A stretch of DNA of 64,000 nt from Octopus sinensis (lineage: Eukaryota). The stretch is taken from the NCBI RefSeq assembly GCF_006345805.1, contig NC_043004.1, positions 100,874,001 through 100,938,000 on the forward strand, in the 5' to 3' direction. The notes below the pieces were generated by a model. The model did not search any database. It was not told the DNA's origin and saw only the letters and a program-made list of their open reading frames with translations. The translations under genes and the position numbers were made by a program. Of the stretch, positions 25,333 through 39,169 are shown piece by piece; the stretch's first letter is position 1; each line of letters starts with the position of its first letter.

Positions 25333-26170
25333 GTTTGATGTTTTTATCTTTCTAATGTCTGCTTTCGTTTTACAATTTTTTTCCTTCATTTCTTCTAGTT
25401 AACGCCGTTATTACTATTAGTAACGTCGTTGTTGTTGTTATTGTTGTTGTTATTGTTATTATTATTATTATTATTATTATTGGTAATGATGATGATGATG
25501 ATGGTGACGAGGAGGAGGAGGAGGAGGAGGAGAATGAGGAAGACGAAGATGAGGAGGAAAATTATGAAGATATCTTTGATAATTTTTGGCAAATATTTTT
25601 AAGGAGCAGGAACGAATCTTATTTGAAAATTTTTTATCAAAAGCACCTTATTAGAAATGCTAGGGTGAAACGGTTGCATTGATAATGGTGGTGCTGGTGG
25701 TACTGGTGGTGGTGGTGACGGTGAGGGTGGTAGTGGTGGTGGTGGTGCTGGTGGTGCTGGTGCTGGTGGTTCTGGTGGTGCTGGTGGTGCTGGTGGTGCT
25801 GGTAGTGACGGTGGTAGTGGTGGTGGTAGCGGCGGTAGTGATGGTAGTGATTGTTGTTGTTGTTGTGGTGGTGGTGGTGGTGCTGCTGCTGCTGTTGCTG
25901 CTGGTGGCGGCGGTAGTGACGGTTGTGGTGGTGGTGGTGGTGGTGGTGGCGGTGGTAGCGGTGGAAACGGCGATGTCTTTAGTAAAAGATTATGGCTATA
26001 GTGATGCACGATGTAGTTGAGATTGTGCCGGCGGTAGCTGAAGGTGAACATGGCCACGAATGATGTTGATGGTAGTAGTGACAGTAGTGGTAGCATTAGT
26101 GTCGGTGGCAGTATAGTGCCGACGGTTGATGGGTTGAAGGGTTGTTGTTGTTGTTGCTTTTGTCGTTTAG
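24880..26170. repeat. Compound trinucleotide microsatellite field: (TAT)n, (TTG)n, (GAG)n, (GGT)n
   Basis: Direct inspection. It generates poly-Y/L/I/V/P ORFs. Confidence 0.95.
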
Positions 26171-26606
26171 CCAACAGTTAGCGCTCACTAAACAGATCCA
26201 ATGTGTTCCTTAGCAACCATCCTCTCATATCTAAGAGTACCTAGGACTAAAAATAGCCAAGTCACTTCCCTTATTTAAGACATGACGGTTTGATCTGCCG
26301 AAGATCCACTAGTCTGTCGCAACACGATGTTATCCAACGGCGCATCATCGCCTCTCCTGGTGCCGCCCACCTTCAAATCTGCATTCGCCTCGTATTTATT
26401 AAGAACGGTGCCAACAACCTCCACCTGCAAGATGTCCCACACTGTCACAGTGATACCGACCGGAAAGGCCCACACGGTCCATCCGCGTCGCGGTGTCAAA
26501 GGGATGCCTTTCTATGGTTCTATCTTCCGCAGTAGGGAGTCGAGAGTTTGCACAACAGCAACAACAGCAGTAGCAACAGTAATTGCTGCTGCTACTGCTA
26601 CTACTG

Positions 26607-26642
<36 letters not shown>

Positions 26643-26719
26643 TCACTACAACCACCTCCGGTAGTAGTGGTGGTGGTGGTGGTGGTAGTAGTGGCGGCAG
26701 CAGCAGCAGCAGCAGTAGC

Positions 26720-26760
<41 letters not shown>

Positions 26761-27397
26761 AGAAATGAATTCACGTGTAAGCACAAATATCATGCACATT
26801 TGATTAATTAGACCCCATTGCTTTCTGCCGCATATTTTATCGATTCCACCTCCCTGATCTTCACAACTGATTTCAGATAACAGCAAGATTCCTACCGCAT
26901 CTGATTGCAGCCGCTCAACATAATTCCATGGACCGAGAACCGGCGTACACTGAACGAATACGTATCCAAACAGTTTCGCCATTTTCTCAGTATTTCGGTC
27001 ACGTCCGGCTGAATGTATTAACATATCTGACCATCTCGTAGTCACTGCTAAGCCAAGGATATTTGTCAATTATCAATAATCCCTGCTTCAAGAGCCCCCT
27101 TCAAAAAGCCGCACACTGCACATCCTCTTCAACGTCCAGAGTGTCCCCAGGTCATTGTCCCTCATATTCTTCGTTAATCCTTTCTAAAATGCAAGGGTGG
27201 ATATTTTAGGGACCGCAATTGTTCATCAACAGAGGTCTGTAAGCGTCATTTATGGAAACACATGCCTGACAATGAGCAACCAAACCTATATATTCCAAGA
27301 CGTGATCCTTTATTCCGATCACGAAACAGATCCTGTCGGTGGTTACAGCAATCTAGATTTTTAAAATTAAACTGAAAAATTGCACTTCAAAAAATAC

Positions 27398-27735
27398 AGC
27401 CTAGGCCCGGCTGTGTCATAAGAAGTTTTTTTCCCAACCTTTGGTTCCGGGTTCAGTCGCAGTGTGTGGCACCCTGAGCAAGTATCATCTACTGTAGCTT
27501 CGAGTCGACCAAATCCTTCTCAGTGGATTTGGTGGAGAGAAACTGAAAGAAGCTCGTCCTATGTGTACGTGTGTTTACGTCCCCGTAATTTAGCAGTTCG
27601 GCAAATGAGACCGATCGAATAAGTACGTATCAAACTTAAAAGAGTAAGTACTACCAACCATGTTTTCAACTAAACCCTTCATGGTCGTTCCTCAGCATGG
27701 CAACAATCCAATGACTAAAACAAGCAAAAGAGTAG
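27398..27735 (+). mobile_element. SINE family A, diverged copy
   Basis: GGTTCCGGGTTCAGTC head and body collinear with 16020-16432. Confidence 0.75.
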
Positions 27736-28038
27736 AAACCACAATAAGACAGCATCATTTCCGGTTACTCAGTCCTGGTCATATCTAAATGCGTGCACAG
27801 ACAGGATTAAATCGGTTGAGTAATATCTCGACACAGCCAAGTTATATACAATATGAAACGAATACACAATATCACAAAGACCTTACTACATTATTTTGAG
27901 GCATGGTTTCTAACTGAAAAAGCCAATTAAACCAAATTCTTAGATATAATTCTCGAGGACTGGGACGAAAATCTGCCTTTGATATATGTCTCGGACCCAG
28001 CTGACCAAAAAATGTGTCCGAGAGGAGGCAAAGAAGCA

Positions 28039-28106
28039 TCATCATCATCATTGTTCGACCGTCGTCGAGACAATGGAATTTACCATGCTACGCCAGACTT
28101 CACGGT
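28039..28106 (-). mobile_element. 68-bp 3'-end-only insertion of the same RTE-like LINE, with a 9-bp TSD
   Basis: Near-identical to 4767-4834 including the (CAT)n tail. AAAGAAGCA at 28030-28038 and 28107-28115. Confidence 0.9.
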
Positions 28107-28926
28107 AAAGAAGCAGTCAGAGATCAAGGATCATTAAACTAGTCGGAGATTTCTAGAAATTGTCTATAGATTATTTACTTGGTGTCCATCAACGCCTAGA
28201 GTCACTGGAGAACTTCAAGGTCTCGTGGATTTTGCTTATCGCTAATACAAGAGAATTCTGAGAACGAGGTACTTCTCACATCATTACCTTGATGGTAGAG
28301 AACTGTTAGCACCTGGTAATATTCCAGAAGCCGGCGATTAATCTTAGTCTTCAGTTGGCTGTAACACCATGAAAGGGACGAGTTCTTGACAAGCCTAAAC
28401 CGCACTCACTTGCTTGTCAAGCATCTGTGTAGATACCACAACCTTAGGGCTTGTCTACACATCGTCCCACACGAATCATATCGAGATTTTTGTGCTAAAG
28501 TCGTTGGCATCGGATAGGGCATTCGTCTAGAGGTACGCACTCTTTCCCAAAAGAAAATGAGAAACAATTGACGTTCCGGTTTGGACAGCTTCAAACTTGG
28601 ACTAGACACGACAAACAGTCGATGATAAATGAGAGAATTGATATATGTGTTCACCATTTCTATCGGCGTTTTAGAGTTAACTTTTTTTTTTCTCATTATT
28701 TTTCTGAGTGAGATTCGTTAGCTCCTCTTAACTCCGTCCCAATTCTTATCTCTTTCGATGTTTTGGCTCGAACCAGATTCCAAGCCTCTTCAACTTGAAC
28801 CTGCGATTCCCTACAATGACTGGTATGCAATTGTCTCTCCATGCACTGAGCTGCCAGCCCACCGACAGTCCCTACTTGCATTCGTGAGTTACCTTCTCGT
28901 ATTTCTTCAGTGTGTGCTGACCACTA

Positions 28927-29003
<77 letters not shown>

Positions 29004-29117
29004 CAACAACGACCATAGTAATATTAACATTTTAGCAAGAATGGCATCATCAATTAAAGCAACATTATATGTTTTTGCATGTATACATACATACAAACAT
29101 ATATATAAATACATACA

Positions 29118-29153
<36 letters not shown>

Positions 29154-29377
29154 CATATCTATATATATATTCATATGTATGTACATAAATATATGCATAT
29201 ATATATGTGTGTGTGTATGTATATATATATATGTATGTATGTATATATATATATACATACACACATTTGTATAGATATATACATATACATATATACATAT
29301 GTATACGGGAGTGTGTATCTGTATATATGTATGTATATATGTATGTATATATGTATGTATGTATATATGTATGTATG

Positions 29378-29410
<33 letters not shown>

Positions 29411-29476
29411 TATATATATACATATACACATACACACACATAATATATATACACACACACACCGCACATCTATATA

Positions 29477-29552
<76 letters not shown>

Positions 29553-29929
29553 TGCTTAACATAACTCATTAATTTTGCTACTATACAAAGGAAAAACAAA
29601 TCTTGCTTAAGTCTTTTCTTCTTTGTTTTTTTCTTTTTCCATTTGAATAATATCCTCCGGAGTATTTTTAACTAATTGCCAAACTTCACGAAAAGAGAAT
29701 AAAATATTTATTGATCGAAAACGACACGAACGAGAAGAAGAAGATGAAGAAGAAGAAGAAAAAAATGTTGTAATAAAGATAAAGAAATGCTAAAATAGAA
29801 CTCAATAGTTTAGAAAAAAAAATAGATGAAATATAAAACAAATTCTTTGCTGATTTTTCTGTATAAACTTCTTGTGTTAAAAACAAAATTTCTTCAGAAA
29901 ATGTTTTGGGATACGTTGTTTAGTTTCAT

Positions 29930-29984
29930 TATCATAGTCATCACCACCACCACCATCTTCATTATCATCATCATCATCATCATC

Positions 29985-30018
<34 letters not shown>

Positions 30019-30044
30019 CCATCGTCATCATCGTCATCATCACG

Positions 30045-30096
<52 letters not shown>

Positions 30097-30247
30097 CACA
30101 TCACCATCGTCATCATCATCATCATCATCATCATCCTCACCATCACCATCGTCATCATCATCATCATCGTCATCATCGTCATCATCCTCACCATCATCAC
30201 CATCTTCATCATCATCATCATCATCATCATCACCACCATCACCACCA

Positions 30248-30301
<54 letters not shown>

Positions 30302-30303
30302 CG

Positions 30304-30357
<54 letters not shown>

Positions 30358-30540
30358 GCGTTATCAACAGTAGCAGTATATTCATAATCTTTGCCACCAC
30401 ACACCGGCGCAAATCATCATTATCTGACTTTCAGTTCCATCACCTTCATCATCAAAGTTGTCACCGCCGTCGTCGTCGTCGTCGTCGTCACCATCATCAC
30501 CATCACCATCGCTATCAGCAGCAGCAGCGGCCCCAGTAAC
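29930..30540. repeat. (CAT)n/(CAC)n/(CGT)n microsatellite
   Basis: Direct inspection. Confidence 0.95.
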
Positions 30541-30554
30541 AGCAGTACCAGCAG

Positions 30555-31052
30555 CTTAGTCCACTTTGAACTTTTAAACCCAAACCAAACGATGACAAAG
30601 GTGATCTACTGCAAGCAGCTTGAGCGGCTTAAATGAGCACTTGAAGAAAAAACAACCATCTTTGGTTTCAAGACGAAAGGTGTGCTTCCATGAAGATAAT
30701 GCCCGGCCACATACAGCGAGGATAACATTTCAAAGGCTGAAGCAGTTTGAATAGGAAACGCTGTCTCACCCACCGTATTCGCCGGACATTTACCCATCTG
30801 ATTATCATTTATTCTACAGTCTTCAAAATCATTCGAACGGAAAAAATATGAATTCTGTAGACAAGGTCAGAACAGTACTGGAGGAGTATTTTTCGTCATG
30901 GACAAGTGAATTTTGGAAGAAAGATCTTGCAAGTCTACCAAATAGCATTGCAGAAAATGAAGGAGAGTATATTTTCGATAAAAAAAAAAAAGAACTTAAT
31001 CTTAAATATAAAAGAAGTATGAAAAAAATACATTATTCATGGTTTGACCCAA
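30555..31052 (+). mobile_element. mariner transposase 3' half plus probable right end (decayed)
   Basis: LVHFELLNPNQT...YCKQLERL...CFHEDNARPHTA...HPPYSPDIYPSDYHLFYSLQNH. Ends ...GACCCAA|TA. Confidence 0.85.
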
Positions 31053-31058
31053 TATATA

Positions 31059-31857
31059 CAGGGTGCGATATGTAAGTTGCTGCCATTTTATACTTTTAAT
31101 TTCGCGCACGCGCATTGTTTGTTTTTGATTTCGTCGACTACACAGTATAGTAGGGTCAGTTGGGCACCGTCTGTGAAAAAAACAGCACGATGATGCAATT
31201 CACTCTGCTAAACATTTGAAAACGACATGCTGCACTGCTTGGTATTCGCGCCGGAAATTTCAATACGAACATTTCGAGAGTTTGGGTGTCAATCTGAGGA
31301 CAGTGCAATACGAGGACAATAAGAGAGAGTGATAAAACTCAGACAACTCGTCATCATCATGGTGTTTGGAATGATCACTTTATGGCTCCATTCATCTTCC
31401 CACACGGCCTCTCACTCAACACGTAGGTTTACATCAAGTGCCCGGAGGAGATAGTACTGCCCTGGGTCAAGAGGATGGCTGCACCATGTCACGCACGCAG
31501 GAGAACCCCTAACATCTGGCCACCTAACTCCCCAGGCTGCAACACACTTTAAAATGTGTGGGGCGCAGTTGAGCGAGAGAACAACAAAACTCCTTGTAAC
31601 ATCAAGCTGGACTGAAGGCAAGGATTATGGCAGCATTCATTAATTTAAACAAGGAGACCGTCCAGAAGAGTTGCTGGAGATTCCAAAGTCGTCTGGAGTC
31701 CGTGGTTGAAGCCAATGACGATTTTATTGAATAAATTTACTCTTTAGTATTTCAAGATATCTTTATGTAATTTTGATAAATATAGCTCTTAAAATGAGAT
31801 GTCAGTGTTATCTTCATTTTTGCGTAATTTAGACAATAGTTTATTCACCGCACCCTG
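31059..31857 (+). mobile_element. Internally deleted Tc1/mariner-superfamily element, maT/DD37D-like
   Basis: TA|CAGGGTGCG...CGCACCCTG|TA. Remnants VMVFGMIT, WPPNSP, VWGAVERE, KARIMAAFINLNKETVQKSCWRFQSRLESVVEANDDFIE. Subfamily assignment is inference. Confidence 0.8.
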
Positions 31858-32077
31858 TATATATATATATATACATAAATATATGTTTCTATATATATAT
31901 ATTGGCTACCGAATGATTGTCACATATTACATTTACAGATAAATTCCTCTATTTACATAATATCGAGGTCTCCTTCTTTCTTTTGTTGTCTTACCATTTT
32001 TATCAACATATATATATATATTTCGGTGCGAATTGCTTTGTTATAGGGTACCGAGTTTTACAATCCTGTAAATAATA

Positions 32078-32301
32078 ATAATGGTATTTATATAAGCTTA
32101 AAGCTTATAGCGATCTTTTTCTGACTAAGAAGAATAGTCTAATAATGGGGCATATAAACCCTCGACAGAAAAAAAGTAGGCTTTCCCATCCGCGTGGGAC
32201 GCGAACCCTTTCGAGAGCTTATATGCACCATTATTAAGCTATTTTCCTTAGTCATTGCATGGGGATCGCTATAAGGTTTTAGCTTACATAAATACTATTA
32301 T
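32078..32301. mobile_element. Small MITE-like element with ~38-bp imperfect inverted ends
   Basis: 32078-32115 pairs with 32264-32301 (4 mismatches). Interior has a B-box-like GGGTTCGCGTCCC on the minus strand. Confidence 0.55.
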
Positions 32302-32302
32302 A

Positions 32303-33485
32303 CAGGGTTTGGACAAAATAATGGAAACACCTAGTACCATAGTATCATAATTTTGAAATATCTATAAAACTGTCAAAAGCTTGTTTAATCTTATGCTTTT
32401 TTTATTTATTAATAGTGTTGCTTAATATGTTTTGCTAAAATCGCAGTTTCTTTTCAGATATCATCGGGAAAAAGTAATTAAAATTCATTAAAATGACAGA
32501 TCTATCGGTCTTTCAAAAAGGTCAAATTGTTGATGCTAGTATGGCAGGCGCTAGCGTAAGGAAACAGCCGAAATGTCTGGTGTATCAAGAAGTGCTGTCC
32601 TTTGAGAAAGAAGGAAAAAAACCTCCTCGTCGAAACAAAACTCCAGAAGAAAACCACAATTTTCAGATGGGGACCGTCGGACAATTTCACGAATTGTTAG
32701 AAAGGATCACAAAAGTACAGATCCCAAAAATTACTGCAGAGCTTAATGACCACCTGGGGAACCCAGTTTCTACAAAGACTGTTCGCCGGAAGCCGCACAA
32801 AACCGGATTTCACGGATGGGTTGCAATCAGAAAACCACAACTTTCAAAACCAAACGTTTGAATGCATTTAGAGTGGAGTAAAAACCTACAGAATTGGTCC
32901 CTAGATCAGTGGAAGAATGTTATTTTCTGGGACGAGTCATCCTTTACCTTATTTCCGACCACCGGCCAAGTATACGTGTGGAGACAGCCAAAAGAAGCAT
33001 TTGACCCAGACTGCCTTCTTTCAACTGCTAAACATGGAGGAGCATCTGTGATCTGGGGACCATATCTTGGAAATCCGCTGGCCCTTCACGGCAGAATTAA
33101 TGGTCAAGACTATTTAAGCATTTTATTTGATCAAATTTATCCTATGGTTTCCGGAGGAAAATGCAATCTGTCAGGATGATAATGTACCAATTCACACCAC
33201 TAAAGTTGTTAATGAATGGCACGAAGAACATTCTAGTGAAGTTGAACATCTTATCTGGCCACCACAGTCCCCAGATCTCAATATCATTGAACATTTATGG
33301 TACATTTTAGAAAAACAAGTAAGGAGTCGATATCCTCCACCATCATCACTACAAGAACTGGTGATTGTTTTAGCTGAAGAATGGACAAAAATTCCTTTCG
33401 AAATAATTCAAACTTCGTACGAGTCCATATTAAAATAAATTTGTTTGAAATTTTAAGGTGTTTCCATTATTTTGTCCATCCCCTG
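32303..33485 (+). mobile_element. Full-length decayed Tc1-like transposon with DD36E spacing (Incomer-like)
   Basis: TA TSD. 30-bp TIR CAGGG(TT/GA)TGGACAAAATAATGGAAACACCT. Transposase 32493-33438 in frameshifted pieces: VIFWDESSF, QDDNVPIH, WPPQSPDLNIIEHLW. 36 residues counted between D (33178) and E (33289). Confidence 0.9.
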
Positions 33486-33504
33486 TATACACACACAAAC
33501 AGAC

Positions 33505-33680
33505 ACACATACATACACACGACGGGCTTCTTTCAGTTTCGGTCTACCAGATCCACTCACAAGGTTTTGGTCAGACCGCGGCTATTGTAAAGACACTTGC
33601 CCAAGGTGCCCCCGTAATGAGACTGAACCCAGAATCGTGTGGTTGGGGAGCAAACCTCTTACCACGCAGCCACACTATGT
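33505..33680 (-). mobile_element. SINE family A 5' half
   Basis: Collinear with 6150-6317. Confidence 0.75.
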
Positions 33681-33829
33681 CTAAAAGTATAAATATAGAT
33701 ATCAATCTATATTGCCTTAAGATAATGAAATGTCTAAAAGGGACTTGAGCTGACAGCGGAAGTACACGTAGTTAGTTACCTGAAATTTTGATCCCTTCAC
33801 CTACTTAATCAACATTGGTTCCCAGTTTT

Positions 33830-34020
33830 GGCACAAGGCCAGCACGTTCTGGAGGTAAGTCGATTACGTCTACCCCAGTATTCAGCTGGTACTTAAGTTA
33901 TCGACCAAGAAAGGACGAAAGGCAAAGTCGACCTCGTTTAAACTCAGAACATGAAGTCGAATGAAATGCCGCTGAGCATTTAGCCCGGCTAGCTAACGAT
34001 TCTGCTAGCTCACCGCTTTA
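33830..34020 (-). mobile_element. Nin-type SINE, diverged
   Basis: AAAGGCAAAGTCGACCTC...AACTCAGAAC motif and head remnant. Confidence 0.75.
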
Positions 34021-34301
34021 TACCTTCTTAATCAATATCATGAAGATTTTCGATGTGTTTGTACTCCCTACAACACATAGAGACGTCATTCTTCCATACG
34101 CACTTTCTCCGCCAACACAACCAGCACTAAAACTGCCGCCAAAATCGAATCTGTTTCGTCTGCCAGCTGCAAAGTATATTTTAAGTATATTTTGGTATAT
34201 CGAACTATATACAAAATGCTAATACACCGTACAGTTAAAGTATGTGTATATATATATATATGTGTATGTATGTATGTGTGTATATATATATATAATATAT
34301 A

Positions 34302-34337
<36 letters not shown>

Positions 34338-34644
34338 TGTATGTATGTATGTATGTATGTATTTTATATATATATATAAAAATACAAAATGGGACAAAAA
34401 TGCAAAACATCCGGACAACTAAGTGATACAAAAAGGGACAAAAAAACATCCAGCATATATATATATATATATATATATGCGATGGTTTAAGCTTATAAAA
34501 TACTATTATAATTATTTACAGGTATATATATATATATATAGCAAGAGAGAGAGAGGTAGGGAGAAAGAGAAAGAGAGAAAGAGAAAAAAGAAAGAAAGAA
34601 AGAAAGAAAGAGAGAAAGATATTGAATAGATATATATGTGTGTG

Positions 34645-34697
<53 letters not shown>

Positions 34698-35214
34698 CTA
34701 TATTCTATATCTATCAATGTATGTATATATATATGTATGCTTATACAGAGTGCGAGAGACACACACAGAGAAAGAGAGAGATGGGGAGAGTTAGAGAGAG
34801 AGGGAGTGAGAGGGAGAGAGAGACAGATAGACAGACAGACAGATTCGTAAGTAATATTTCTATATATATATATGAATGTGTATAAATATATAGTTAAATA
34901 AATAAAGCATTATGTATTCAAGAGGGAAGAAAAGGAGAAAAGGGGGAAGGAGAAAAGCAGAAAGCCTACAAAGAGCGTGAGGGAGAATAAAATGAAGAGT
35001 AAGGAAAGAGAGAGATGCAGAGAAAGATTGATAGTGCGCAGAGGGAGAGAGAGAGGGAGTAAGGAGGCAAATAATGCGAATATGTACAGTGTCTTTATAT
35101 CCTACCAATGACAGTGATTGAAGGAGATATATATATATATATATATTATAATATAAAATATATGGAATTCTGTACATATATTAAGGTAGATAAACAGGTA
35201 TTTCAACAGATAAG

Positions 35215-35232
35215 TTAGTAGATAAGATAGAC

Positions 35233-35322
<90 letters not shown>

Positions 35323-35338
35323 GTAAATATATATATAT

Positions 35339-35420
<82 letters not shown>

Positions 35421-35425
35421 TTAGA
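35215..35425. repeat. (TAGA)n tetranucleotide microsatellite
   Basis: Direct inspection. Confidence 0.97.
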
Positions 35426-35833
35426 TAGTGATAGGAATAGAAAGAGAGAGACGTATTGATACAGTTATTGATTGATTGATTGGTGAAAACAGATAACTAC
35501 AGACAAATAAATAAACAGCTAGTTAAATACTCGCACGCATTCACCAAGAAACAAAAATAATAGAGAGGGAATTGAAAAAAAAAAAGATCGAAATAAAGAT
35601 AAGGAAAGAAAATACGTGTAATATGACGTATCATATTGCATTTTGGTTCCCTAAAAAAAAGACAAAAAACATCTTTTTTTTCTAGTCTTAAGAAGTCTTC
35701 ATCTTATTCACCACCACAATCACTGCTATGTGATATATGTAAACCATCTTTTTATACTGAAACCCACACGCTCACATTCACACTACATACATATACATAT
35801 ATACATATACATATATATATATATTATATATAT

Positions 35834-35927
<94 letters not shown>

Positions 35928-37096
35928 TATACATATATATATAATGTATATATATAATATATATATATTATATATATATTATATATATTATATATATAAG
36001 TATGTATGTATATATATATATATATATGCACACACGTAAAACGTACGCACAAATGTCTGTATATATACATATATATATATATGTATTAAGGCGCACACAT
36101 GCGTATACAAAGACACCGGTAAGATTCGCACACAAACACGCACCTTGAACACCAAAGGTGAGGTCGATAACTGAGACGAAGTGGTGGCGGGTGAAAGTCA
36201 GTCAGAAGTGTCTGTACATATATATATATATATATTATAGGTACGTACTTATATGCACACACAGACTCACACAAAGAGAAATGGGATATATAAAATTTAT
36301 GAGGTGGCGTTAGTTCTGGAGGTAGTTAGTGCAATAGGGGTGGCTGTATACACTCTCTCACTAATTCACGCACATACCTCTACGCCAATAAATCCTGTAC
36401 AGAAGACTACGTGGTCGAAGAAAGAGATGACGAAGTGGTGTTTTGCTGGGCAAACGAAAAGTTTTTTTTACCTTTACAAATACTTAGAAACATATACAAT
36501 CGCATACATTCAACATACACATGCATAATCGTACGTACACACGTGATTACACATATACACACACATATACACTCACTCATGCGCATTCATTTAAATATTC
36601 ACACTCACGTACAAAGCATACTTTGCTACTCTCTCTCTTATACACACACACACACACATACATACATACATACATACATACATACATACATACATACATA
36701 CATACATAGACACAAAGGTATTCACATCTGCTCAACCTTTCTATCTCTCACCCTCTCACCTTCTCAACCAAAGCAACCCAACCTGAAAGGTTTCAGTTAC
36801 CTAAGTTTCTTCATTGCAGTTAATGATGTGAGGAAAGATGGAGGATGAAAGGAGGAGTGGGGGAGATGAGAAGGAACAAGGTTGATGGGGGGGGGCGTGG
36901 GAACGTAAGAAGGGAAGAAGAGGGGATGAAAATAAACAAAAACCACCCTACATCCTTCTCCAGTCGTTCTTTGCCTTACTTTATGTGTTTTTCTTCTAAT
37001 GATGCAGAAAAGGATATATTTAAGTGTATTAATATTGAGACCCGGCAAAATAATGAAACGAATGAGGTGTATAGCTTGGATGTGTAGGTGTTATAT

Positions 37097-37140
<44 letters not shown>

Positions 37141-37305
37141 TATACATATATATATACATATATATATATATATACATATATATACATATATACATACATA
37201 CATACATACACAGATATACATATATATACACATACACATACATATATATATACATATATACATATGCACACACACACACATATATATATATATATACACG
37301 TATAT

Positions 37306-37336
<31 letters not shown>

Positions 37337-37478
37337 CATATATATACATATATATTATATACATATATATATATATATAATATATATATATACATATATA
37401 CATACATACATACATACACAGATATACATATATATATATACACATACACATACATATATATATACATATATACATATG

Positions 37479-37510
<32 letters not shown>

Positions 37511-37673
37511 CACGTATATACACACACACACACACATATATATATATACATATATATACTCACACATATGTACATCCTCACACGTCCATATAACTACATT
37601 CCAAAGCTATATACATTATATACATTATTAGCACACACATATATACGTATATATATGTATATATATGTGTGTG

Positions 37674-37707
<34 letters not shown>

Positions 37708-38385
37708 GCATATGATATTACATAAAATAAATATAATACTCACACATAAATAAGTACGCATCCACCCACCCACCCCACCACTACATCCAGCTAACGTATT
37801 CACACACCACATCTTCATAAAAATAAAAATAAAAAAACTCTCAAAGAAAATCTTGAAGATAATAAAAGAAGATTACCCGTTTCCTTTTCGTCTCTTTGTT
37901 TTTACGTGAAACAAATAATAACGAAAGCTAAAGGAAACACGTTTTTATTTATTCCTATTAACTTGTTGTCTGTTTTACGTCTTTTTATCATTGTTATATT
38001 CCATTTCTTTGTTGTTTTACTTAAACCATAATTGAAAAGTATATTAATGAATTTATCTCACTTTATTCTTCTTATTCTTAATGTATTATCATTTCTTTTG
38101 TCGCTATTATTATTGTTTGTTCTTGTCTCAGAAAGAAGTGGTGGGGCAGCGATCAGAGTGGAGTTGCAATAACAATAACAAAAATAACAACAAACATTGA
38201 TAATTCTGCTTTACTTTGATAGTTTTTAGTTTCATGCTTACACTCTGCGTTCGAATTCTGCTGGGATTGGGTTTGTTTATCATTCCTCCGGTTTCGATAT
38301 AATATATTCTAGTATAATATCAGGCTAATTGTGTGCGGTTCGTTTGAATAGTGAGCTTCCAAAACATCGAAGTCTTGCTTATACC

Positions 38386-38806
38386 TATTTCTTTACTACC
38401 CACAAGGGACTAAACACAGAGAGGACAAACAAGGACAGACAAACAGATTAAGTCGATTATATCGACCCCAGTGCGTAACTGGTACTTATTTAATCGACCC
38501 CGAAAGGATGAAAGGCAAAGCTGACATCGGCGGAATTTGAACTCAGAACGTAACGGCAGACGAAATACCTATTTCTTTACTACCCACAACGGGCTACACA
38601 CAGAGGGAACGAACAACGACAGACAAACGGATTAAGTCGATTATATTGACTCCAGTCCGTAACTGGTACTTATTTAATCGACCCTGAAAGGATGAAAGGC
38701 AAAGTCGACCTCGGCGGAATTTGAACTCAGAACGTAGCGGCAGACGAAATACCGCTAAGCATATCGTCCGGCGTGCTAACGCTTCTGCCAGCTCGCCGCC
38801 TTCAAA
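38386..38806 (-). mobile_element. Nin-type SINE dimer with a 13-bp TSD
   Basis: Two bodies, one head. TCTTGCTTATACC at 38373-38385 and 38807-38819. Confidence 0.9.
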
Positions 38807-39169
38807 TCTTGCTTATACCATCAAGAACATTCTCTAGAATCTACTACCACCATTATCAGATACTTAATATCCATACCTTTTACACCTTAACCAGTAAAAG
38901 ATACAGGTAGATTTCGTGTAGCCTTCTTTTATGTTCCTAATAATTTTGCATTCACTTTCTCTGTGATGGTGACAAACTTGGCACTGATTTCACAAAGATG
39001 AAGGGTTCTCACTTTCACCAAGACAATGTATACTTTTAGTGACTGGCTTAATATCCAAACGTTAACGTCTGATATCAGTGTTGTTTTAGTTTTCCCCTTC
39101 AGACTGCTGAAGGAATGTCAATCCCAACACATTTCACTATTTATCTCAAATTTCTTTTTGTTTTGTTTC

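Noticed and set aside
25599-26174. Formin FH1-like proline-rich ORF
   Set aside because: The prolines come from a (GGT)n microsatellite. No FH2 or other domain is nearby.
28490-28545. TIL-like peptide ECVPLDECP (minus strand)
   Set aside because: A stop follows within 7 codons and the rest of the cysteine pattern is absent.
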